Source of the DNA: Clostridia bacterium
GTDB lineage: Bacteria > Bacillota > Clostridia > Oscillospirales > CAG-272
Assembly (NCBI GenBank): GCA_017451915.1
Contig: JAFTNJ010000035.1
Coordinates: 6,448-70,447 of the forward strand
Length of the DNA stretch: 64,000 nt
Reading direction: 5' to 3'
Shown: one piece after another, positions 38,180 through 45,906 of the stretch
Layout of the letters: each line of letters starts with the position of its first letter
Position numbering within the stretch: the stretch's first letter is position 1
Position numbers and translations under genes: made by a program
The notes under the pieces: generated by a model
Told to the model about the DNA's origin: nothing
Databases searched by the model: none
Seen by the model: only the letters and a program-made list of their open reading frames with translations

Positions 38180-39325
38180 TTACTTTTTCAGAAGCTCCTC
38201 TACGGCAGAGGCAAAGTGATCCATTTGCTCTTTTGTGTTATAGATTCCCGGGCTGACCCGCACCGCACCACCGGGAGGGGTATTCAGTGTGGTATGTCCC
38301 AGAGCCGAGCAATGATATCCGGCACGGACGCAAAAGCCGCAACGGTTCAACCAATCCCCTACCCCATCGGCAGAGATCCCCTCCACGCCAAACAACAGCA
38401 CCGCGCCCGAATGCTGTGGGGCGTAGATCCGCACGCCCGGAAGGTGCCGCAGGTGATTTTGCAGTCTTGCATTCAATCCCGCAATATGCCTGGCGATCGA
38501 AGCTACCCCCAACCGCTTCACCTCTCGGATCCCCTCGCAAAGGCCAACGATGGCGGGCGTGGCAAGAGTACCCGCCTCGTAGCGCTCGGGGGCCTCCAGG
38601 GGCATTTCGGCATCCAGAGAATTGTATCCGCTGCCGCCCTCCAAAAGGGTATCGGCCATAATCCCGTCTCCCAGCAGTAGCATTCCGCTCCCCTGGGGAC
38701 CAAGCAGTCCCTTGTGTCCCGGCACGCAGAGAGCGTCGATGGCCATTTCCTTCATATCAATCACCTCATGACCCGCCGACTGGGCGGCGTCTACTACGAA
38801 AAGAAGTCCGTGACGTCGGCAAAAGGCCCCCAACTCCCGCAAGGGAGCCTTCCAGGAGCAAATATTGGAGGCATGGGTACAGATCAGCATTCGCGTATTG
38901 GGACGCAGACATTTTGCGATTCCCATGCAAAGATCGGCCACCGTGGCCTCGGGGTGTGTGACAAGGCTGGGAAAGACGTCAAAGGTGATCCGCCCCTGAT
39001 TCTTCAACTTCTGCACGGGACGGTAAACGGCATTGTGCTCCATATCCGAGAGAAGAACGTGATCCCCTTGGCGAAGCAGGCCTTTGACGGCCATATTCAA
39101 GGCAACAGTGGTATTGGGAGTAAAGATCACGTTCTCGGGAGAGGACACACCAAAAAAAGCCGCCGCCTCCTCACGGCAGGCGTAAATGCGCTCTGCCGCC
39201 TCCATGGCAAGGGCGTGGGAGCCCCTGCCCGGATTGCCGCAATACTGGCGCATACACCGCAGCATCTCATCGCTGACCCGAGCCGGCTTTGGAAAGCTGG
39301 TGGCCGCGTTATCAAGATAGATCAT
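38180..39325 (-). CDS. Cysteine desulfurase-family class V aminotransferase
   Basis: MIYLDNAATSFPKP N-terminus and PLP-lysine region HKGLLGPQG. 381 aa. Confidence 0.85.
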   Translation of the reverse strand: MIYLDNAATSFPKPARVSDEMLRCMRQYCGNPGRGSHALAMEAAERIYACREEAAAFFGVSSPENVIFTPNTTVALNMAVKGLLRQGDHVLLSDMEHNAVYRPVQKLKNQGRITFDVFPSLVTHPEATVADLCMGIAKCLRPNTRMLICTHASNICSWKAPLRELGAFCRRHGLLFVVDAAQSAGHEVIDMKEMAIDALCVPGHKGLLGPQGSGMLLLGDGIMADTLLEGGSGYNSLDAEMPLEAPERYEAGTLATPAIVGLCEGIREVKRLGVASIARHIAGLNARLQNHLRHLPGVRIYAPQHSGAVLLFGVEGISADGVGDWLNRCGFCVRAGYHCSALGHTTLNTPPGGAVRVSPGIYNTKEQMDHFASAVEELLKK

Positions 39326-39570
39326 ACCGAATCTCCCTCGTAGTACTCACGAACACGGATCCCCGCGCTCTTTAAGATCTGTTGCACATTCTCCTGTTGG
39401 GAACAGGAAAACGCAACGGCATAGGCACATCCGCGCTTGGTTCTTGCCGAATCGGCCTTGACCACCTCCGCGCGGATGGCGGCATTGGTCAAGGCGGTCT
39501 GGGCACGCAGGGCCTGGGTCATGGAGCCGAGGGTTGCCAGACAAACGCCTCGGGATGCATATTCCTTCAT
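39322..39570 (-). CDS. DUF3343-like small protein (putative S/Se carrier partner of the desulfurase)
   Basis: 82 aa. ATGA stop/start overlap with the desulfurase gene. GAAGGGAGGTG RBS. The family name is from memory. Confidence 0.6.
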   Translation of the reverse strand: MKEYASRGVCLATLGSMTQALRAQTALTNAAIRAEVVKADSARTKRGCAYAVAFSCSQQENVQQILKSAGIRVREYYEGDSV

Positions 39571-39715
39571 CGTCTACACCTCCCTTCTACTGACAGAATA
39601 TGACAAAACCGTAGGAAAAGTGACGGGATCCGCAGGCTTCCGCATTCGACTCCGCGGGTTTGCGAATAGAGCGGCCAAGGATGGGCGATACTGAAGCTGT
39701 ATTCCAAAATAATGA

Positions 39716-41044
<1,329 letters not shown>

Positions 41045-41156
41045 TTCCTGCACCAAGGGATAGAAAATGCCTGCATCAAAAAGGGTGTTGTCCTTATCGG
41101 AGAAATAAGATATGGGTATGGGCATAGCCCGATGCATTTGTTTAACAAATGCGAAA

Positions 41157-41172
41157 CTCTCTCTCTCTCTCT
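41157..41172. repeat. (CT)8 dinucleotide microsatellite
   Basis: CTCTCTCTCTCTCTCT read directly from the sequence. A complementary GAAGAGAGAG lies at 41187-41196. Confidence 0.95.
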
Positions 41173-41189
41173 TTCGATAAAATACAGAA

Positions 41190-41232
41190 GAGAGAGCAAA
41201 TCGGTTTATAGCCGAATTGTTCTCTCTTTTTT
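41190..41232 (+). terminator. Intrinsic terminator of eno
   Basis: A 15-bp stem, GAGAGAGCAAATCGG / CCGAATTGTTCTCTC, with one mismatch and one G-U pair. Loop TTTATAG, then TTTTTT. Confidence 0.8.
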
Positions 41233-41249
41233 CTGCTTTTCAGTTTAGA

Positions 41250-41461
41250 GTTATGAGGCTCGCCAAATTGCCTTGCAATTTATCTCGCCGTTATGAGTTT
41301 GCCTTTGGCTTCGCCAAAATGCAAACGTTATGATATGATTGCCACGTGTCCCTTTAGCGCGACGTAGTCGCTCATAACTTGGCGTAGCCAATCAGAACTC
41401 ATAACTTGCCCGTATGGGCAATCATAACTTCGCGTGTTCTCCGTTAAGGATAACACGCGAA
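41250..41461. repeat. Array of six convergent GTTATGAG/CTCATAAC octamers interleaved with six unrelated hairpins (unknown element)
   Basis: Octamers start at 41250, 41290 and 41327 (plus sense) and at 41371, 41398 and 41421 (complement), with a degenerate copy at 41391. Hairpins are at 41265-41281, 41297-41326, 41359-41371, 41379-41391, 41406-41421 and 41429-41461. Confidence 0.9.
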
Positions 41462-41484
41462 AAGATGCAGGCTTTTTTAATCAA

Positions 41485-42294
41485 TTATGAAACCGGCTCG
41501 GGAGCCTCGGCCGTCGGTTCGGAGTTCTCCGAGAACAGCGGCGGGAAGGTAAAGGTGGTTTCGTCCACGTCGTAAAACAGCTTGTAAAAGTCGCTTCCCA
41601 GATTCTTGCCGTAGGGTGAGGAACGGAACATTCCCGACCGATGCTTTAAAATGGGATAAAAGCGATTGTCGGCGATGAGCAGATGCTCCACAAAGGCAAT
41701 GCCGATGGACTCCAGATAGACCTGGGCGGAATCGGTCAGCTCGTAGTCGTTGGGCGACGGAACTGCCAAGCCGCTGGGATGGTTGTGCGCCAACACCACG
41801 GCCGCAGCCTTCTTCTTAACAATGATATCGTTGATCTTGGCTAAAGGCAAACTGGTGCTGTTGACCGTTCCCTCGGACACCAGCACGCAATCCAACAGAT
41901 TCATGCGATTATTGAACAGCATCATATACAGCCGCTCGCGGGTGACACCGATGTATAAGCGGAATAAATAATGAAGAATCTGGCTCAGGGAGTTATATCT
42001 TGTTACCGGGACAGCGCAATCCCTGGCATAACGCTTGGCGCACTCCAGGATCAGCTTGATCATAATTGCCGACTGTACTCCAATGCCGGGAACCTCGGTC
42101 AGATCCTCGATGTCGGCTTCCACCACGTCCTTAAAAGAGCCAAAACGTTCCAGCAGGCTATGTGCGCAGCCGTTGGTATCCACTCTTGGCCGGGAAGAAT
42201 AGAGCAACGTCTCCAGCAGCTCGTGGTCCGCAAGATTCTCAAAGCCCTCTCGCAATATTCGGTTTCTCATTCTTTTTCTATGATTCTCATGCAT
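41485..42294 (-). CDS. radC: RadC-like JAB/MPN-domain protein
   Basis: HhH segment LTEVPGIGVQSA and JAMM motif HNHPSG...PSPNDYELT. There is an approximately 45-aa C-terminal extension relative to the usual length. Confidence 0.85.
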   Translation of the reverse strand: MHENHRKRMRNRILREGFENLADHELLETLLYSSRPRVDTNGCAHSLLERFGSFKDVVEADIEDLTEVPGIGVQSAIMIKLILECAKRYARDCAVPVTRYNSLSQILHYLFRLYIGVTRERLYMMLFNNRMNLLDCVLVSEGTVNSTSLPLAKINDIIVKKKAAAVVLAHNHPSGLAVPSPNDYELTDSAQVYLESIGIAFVEHLLIADNRFYPILKHRSGMFRSSPYGKNLGSDFYKLFYDVDETTFTFPPLFSENSEPTAEAPEPVS

Positions 42295-42314
42295 ATCTCT
42301 TCCATCAAGATCGC

Positions 42315-43112
42315 TTATTTGCGTTTCAGGCGACCAATCACGTGTCCCTTACACTGGACGTCTTCAAAATCCTTCAAAAGGATGGGAGCATAATCGGGAT
42401 TCAGCGAAAGCAACCGATCCCCGCCGTAGACCTTGAAGAAGCCGCAACCGTCCAGCAGGAAGATTCCAAGCTCGCCTACCTCCACGCCATCGGCGTGCTG
42501 TACCAGGAGAATATCACCGTTATGATACTTGGGCTCCATACTGTTGCCGCTGATGCGCAGAGCATAGTCGGCCTCGGCGGTCTTTTCGTTGTTGGGAATA
42601 CTGATGCTCTCGGCGCGCTCCTCATCCAGATACACGCCAACGCCGGCAGACACCGGAAGATCGTACAGCTGTATATTCCGCTTACCCGAGCGCACTCGCT
42701 GCTCCTCGGCATAGCGGTTGCCAAGGCGAATGGGTTGAAGAATTCGCGCCGGCTTTTCTTCCTTCTCGGCAGGTACGAAAGATGCTCCGCGCGCAATGGC
42801 CTTGGTCATCACGCTGTCCACCAGATCTCTTCCCCAGGCATCCAACTGACGGTAGTCCTCAATCACGCGGATCTCCTCGGCACTCAAGGTATAATTATGG
42901 GTATTTTCCGGCGTGCCGCTGACGATGTACTCCACCGAGCAATCCAAGGCACCGCAGATTGCAATAATATTGGAAAGCTTTGGAGAATCACTCATTCCCG
43001 CCAGGAGCTTGCTCAGGGTTCCCAGAGGGATCCCGGTCATGGCGGCCAGCTGATCGTTGGTGATCTTCTTTTTATTTTTCAAGAGCTTGATACGGTCAAT
43101 ATAGGTTTCCAT
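42315..43112 (-). CDS. XRE-HTH / S24 peptidase repressor (LexA/CI-like)
   Basis: ATG 43112 (METYIDRIKLL...) follows AAGGAGG. HTH segment ITNDQLAAMTGIPLGTLSKLLAG and S24 catalytic GNSMEP with a downstream Lys. The stop lies 20 nt before radC. Confidence 0.85.
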   Translation of the reverse strand: METYIDRIKLLKNKKKITNDQLAAMTGIPLGTLSKLLAGMSDSPKLSNIIAICGALDCSVEYIVSGTPENTHNYTLSAEEIRVIEDYRQLDAWGRDLVDSVMTKAIARGASFVPAEKEEKPARILQPIRLGNRYAEEQRVRSGKRNIQLYDLPVSAGVGVYLDEERAESISIPNNEKTAEADYALRISGNSMEPKYHNGDILLVQHADGVEVGELGIFLLDGCGFFKVYGGDRLLSLNPDYAPILLKDFEDVQCKGHVIGRLKRK

Positions 43113-43142
43113 ATTCCGCCTCCTTTTTCCGTTTACGATACT

Positions 43143-43170
43143 ATTATACCACTTTTTTTGAATTTGTAAA
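43143..43170 (-). promoter_or_regulatory. Promoter TTTACA-16-TGgTATAAT of the repressor-radC operon
   Basis: On the minus strand, TTTACA is at 43170-43165 and TATAAT at 43148-43143, with an extended -10 TG. Confidence 0.6.
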
Positions 43171-43211
43171 GAGGTTTTTGAAATATTTTTTCTTTTTTTG
43201 GAAAAAAGGTA

Positions 43212-43240
43212 TTGACAAACCCCAAAAAAGGTGCTATAAT
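43212..43240 (+). promoter_or_regulatory. Consensus promoter TTGACA-17-TATAAT, divergent from the repressor gene
   Basis: TTGACA at 43212-43217 and TATAAT at 43235-43240. The -35 is flanked by AAAAAAGGT(A/G) direct repeats at about 43202 and about 43224. Confidence 0.7.
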
Positions 43241-43283
43241 GTGCCTGTAAGAAATTCCAATTTTGGTAATTTTGGAGGGCTTT

Positions 43284-43628
43284 ATGAATCGCTCTGTAGA
43301 AAGAAACGACTATACTCATTCCGATAACGGAATTTTCGAGGCGTTTTTCACCGAATCGCAAAGTTATAAAACCGGCCTGCAAAAAGGCGTTGACGCACTG
43401 CTTTCCTTCCTGTTTGTTTTGCGCCGTATCCTTTGCGGACAAGCCGTTCGCAAGTGGAGCAAGGTGGTATCCCTTTCCCTTTGCCTGGTAGGCTTTGTTG
43501 GTGTGATCGGTGCCATGGAGCGCGGCACTCTGGGCCTTGGCATGGGAATGTTGATTGGCGCGGGGCTGCTTTTGGTAGAGTATTTTTGCCTGCGTAGCAA
43601 GTCCACCAACACCAAGGAGAACGAATAA
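43284..43628 (+). CDS. Small hypothetical membrane protein (114 aa)
   Basis: ATG 43284 follows GGAGGG. Two or three hydrophobic segments (VDALLSFLFVL, VVSLSLCLVGFVGVIGA, GMGMLIGAGLLLV). No family recognised. Confidence 0.5.
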   Translation: MNRSVERNDYTHSDNGIFEAFFTESQSYKTGLQKGVDALLSFLFVLRRILCGQAVRKWSKVVSLSLCLVGFVGVIGAMERGTLGLGMGMLIGAGLLLVEYFCLRSKSTNTKENE

Positions 43629-43637
43629 AATAATGAT

Positions 43638-43678
43638 AAAAAAACGGCCGCTGACGTTTCGTCGGCGGCCATTCTTTT
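43638..43678. terminator. Bidirectional terminator
   Basis: GGCCGCTGACG-TTT-CGTCGGCGGCC (43646-43670) flanked by A8 and a T-rich run. Confidence 0.75.
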
Positions 43679-43684
43679 ATGGAT

Positions 43685-44758
43685 TTATTGCGTTACATTC
43701 TCCGTGGAAAGCAGAAGATCGGCCAGGGCCGTTCCCACGTATGCGGCGGCTCGCTTTGCCTGCTCCGGCGTATTGGCGCCGCTCCCGATCTCCAACAAAA
43801 GATACCCCGGCAGGAGCTCTTGATTATAGGAAGACTGTCGCAGAGAGATGGGACGACAAAGGGTGGGAAGCATCTGATTCAAGTGCTCCCGAAGCTGCAG
43901 GGCCAGCGCAAGATTGGCTTGCCAATCATAGGCCGTGCCATTGCAGTCACTTCCTACCACCGCCATCACCTGGGCAACCTCCCCGTCGGCGGTCAGAAGA
44001 CGAACATATTCTCCGTCTCCCGTCAGGATGGCGTCCCGATGGAGATCAATAACGCAAACGATACTCGGGTACTCCGCAAGATACCGCCTCACCGTTTCCA
44101 AGGAACGCTCGTAGGCTCCGCGCAGGGTGGGCTCGTCGTGACGAAGGGTGCAGTGAAGGGTCTCGATCCCCTTCTCGTTCAGCACACGGCAGAGCTCAGC
44201 CCCCACACCGATCACGTTTTCTTCCTCCACCGTGCTGTACGTCAGATCTCCCGGCAGTCCGTCCATGTCCTCCCCTCCGTTGGGAAGATAACTTTCGGTG
44301 GTGTGGGTGTGCAGGATCAGCACCTTGGGTCCCTCCCCCGTAAAGGGAGAAAGCGGCGCGGAAAGCAGATCGGCCACGTTGGGCTTATAAGGGGTTTCGT
44401 TGTGCAGATAAGCAGAGCCCAGGGAAGGATACGAAAGGTCCATCTCCACGATGGGGGTCTGTCCCGAGGGTTGCGGAGATTGGCCTGCGGGGGCGGTGGT
44501 AAGCGCGTTGGGAGGATAGGTGCCGCCGTCCCCGGTGCCATCGGGAGCCTCGGTGGTAGCCGCGGGAAAGAAGGACCGCCAGGGATCGAGAAGATTGCCC
44601 CGCATGGCAATGGATACCACGGCAAAGGCAGCCACCAACAGCGTGCAACCGATCAAAAAGGTACAAAAAACGCGGGAGGCGCTTCCGTGGGAACGGGGAC
44701 GCAGGGTGATCGGCTCGTCCCCCGCGGGCAAAAGTGAATTCTTGTTGGATGCTTCCAT
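43685..44758 (-). CDS. spoIIP: Stage II sporulation protein P
   Basis: ILHTHTTESY and DLHRDA motifs with an N-terminal TM anchor. Start at ATG 44758 (MEASNKN...) after GGAAGGGAGAA. Confidence 0.85.
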   Translation of the reverse strand: MEASNKNSLLPAGDEPITLRPRSHGSASRVFCTFLIGCTLLVAAFAVVSIAMRGNLLDPWRSFFPAATTEAPDGTGDGGTYPPNALTTAPAGQSPQPSGQTPIVEMDLSYPSLGSAYLHNETPYKPNVADLLSAPLSPFTGEGPKVLILHTHTTESYLPNGGEDMDGLPGDLTYSTVEEENVIGVGAELCRVLNEKGIETLHCTLRHDEPTLRGAYERSLETVRRYLAEYPSIVCVIDLHRDAILTGDGEYVRLLTADGEVAQVMAVVGSDCNGTAYDWQANLALALQLREHLNQMLPTLCRPISLRQSSYNQELLPGYLLLEIGSGANTPEQAKRAAAYVGTALADLLLSTENVTQ

Positions 44759-44839
44759 GTGGGTTCTCCCTTCCGTGCAACGGTCTTGCCGTTGCGTCTG
44801 GTTCACTCTATGCGCCCCCAACGCGCTTTATTCCAAAAT

Positions 44840-45727
44840 TCAAAGGCCGGTAAAGGCCGCAGCGATGGAGGACGAGAGAAGCCGCGCCACCCGCTCGGTG
44901 ATCACGTCGCTTTCCTTTGGAGAAACGAAAAAGTGCTTTCCGGTTTCCAGTACGCGGGTCAAGGGCTCCCCGATCTCCCGGATCCCTGCCTCCCGCAAGG
45001 CGTCGTACACCAAAGTGGCCGAATCCACCACCGTGGGAACCCCCAACGCCAGCACCGGAACCCCGAGGGTCTCCCGTGTCAACGCCGCCCGATGGTTGCC
45101 TACCCCGGAGCCCGGGGATATGCCTGCGTCCGAGAGCTGAACCGTGGAGGCCAAGCGGTTACAATCCCGGGCGGCCAGGGCATCCACGGCAATGACAACG
45201 TCGGGGTGAATGCATTCCACCACACTTTTGAGCAGCTCGCAGGTTTCCATCCCCGTCTGTCCCAACACGCCCGGAGCCAGGAGAGAGAGGGCGGAACAAC
45301 CAATGGACCGATACAGGCCCTGCTCATGCTCCCGCAAATGCCGCGTAGCGGTAAGATACCCCACCGTCTTGGGGCCAATGGCGTCGGCTGTCATTTCAGC
45401 GTTTCCAAGGCCCGCGACAAAAACGCCAAAGGAGGCATCCGCCGGCTTGCCCGTCAGGCGTTGCGCCATTCCCCGCAGCTTTCCCGCAAGAAGGCGGATC
45501 AAAAGATCCTCGTCCTCTTCGCCCATCATCACCAGCTTTCCGCACTCCACCGTAAGGTAGCTTCCGGGGGCCATGGGAGGCGTTTCCCCCGCCTCCGACG
45601 GAGGCACCGTCATCTCCAGGAGCATAAAAGGCCCCACCTGCTCCCGCCGCACCTGTTGTGCCGCTCCTCCTATTCGATCCTCGTCAATCCCTTCACAGGC
45701 CAAATCGGTTCTTGCATGAAAATTCAT
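44840..45727 (-). CDS. gpr: Germination protease (GPR endopeptidase)
   Basis: N-terminal RTDLACE motif. 295 aa. Adjacent to spoIIP, as in Bacillus. Confidence 0.85.
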   Translation of the reverse strand: MNFHARTDLACEGIDEDRIGGAAQQVRREQVGPFMLLEMTVPPSEAGETPPMAPGSYLTVECGKLVMMGEEDEDLLIRLLAGKLRGMAQRLTGKPADASFGVFVAGLGNAEMTADAIGPKTVGYLTATRHLREHEQGLYRSIGCSALSLLAPGVLGQTGMETCELLKSVVECIHPDVVIAVDALAARDCNRLASTVQLSDAGISPGSGVGNHRAALTRETLGVPVLALGVPTVVDSATLVYDALREAGIREIGEPLTRVLETGKHFFVSPKESDVITERVARLLSSSIAAAFTGL

Positions 45728-45758
45728 TTTTTCCTCCCATCTCGTTAAAATATGTCCT

Positions 45759-45788
45759 TACTTTGCCAAGAAAATTAACAAAATATAC
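45759..45788 (-). promoter_or_regulatory. Candidate forespore sigma-G/F-type promoter of gpr
   Basis: On the minus strand, GTATA (45788-45784), an 18-nt spacer, then CAAAGTA (45765-45759). This resembles the remembered gHATR-18-CAtnnTA pattern. No TTGACA/TATAAT promoter is present. Confidence 0.4.
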
Positions 45789-45809
45789 ACGAAAAGATTT
45801 GGGAATCTA

Positions 45810-45838
45810 TTGAAATCGCAAAAAAAATAGTATATAAT
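45810..45838 (+). promoter_or_regulatory. Promoter TTGAAA-17-TATAAT of the family-5 SBP gene
   Basis: TTGAAA at 45810-45815 and TATAAT at 45833-45838. Confidence 0.65.
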
Positions 45839-45906
45839 ATAGGGGTACATATGGCGCATTCCGCCGAATTCCGATTTTTTCATTTATGAGGAGGATTTAC
45901 AGTACC

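Noticed and set aside
41253-41333. 26-codon mini-ORF (MRLAKLPCNLSRRYEFAFGFAKMQTL) starting in one octamer and stopping in another; similar mini-ORFs on the minus strand
   Set aside because: The octamer contains ATGA, so starts and stops arise automatically. There is no Shine-Dalgarno sequence upstream, and the peptides have no recognisable features.
41250-41461. Reading the octamer-hairpin array as a CRISPR array, integron attC sites or a parS site
   Set aside because: The repeat unit is only 8 bp and the intervening segments are 13 to 33 nt hairpins, so it is not a CRISPR array, and no cas genes are present. GTTATGA / TCATAAC does not fit the attC core GTTRRRY / RYYYAAC, and there are no cassettes or intI. 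The central CACGTG matches only the core of parS (TGTTNCACGTGAAACA).
43113-43442. 110-codon extension of the XRE-S24 repressor ORF
   Set aside because: It crosses both divergent promoters and the start of the opposite-strand membrane-protein gene. ATG 43112 has an AAGGAGG RBS, and the HTH domain begins immediately after it.
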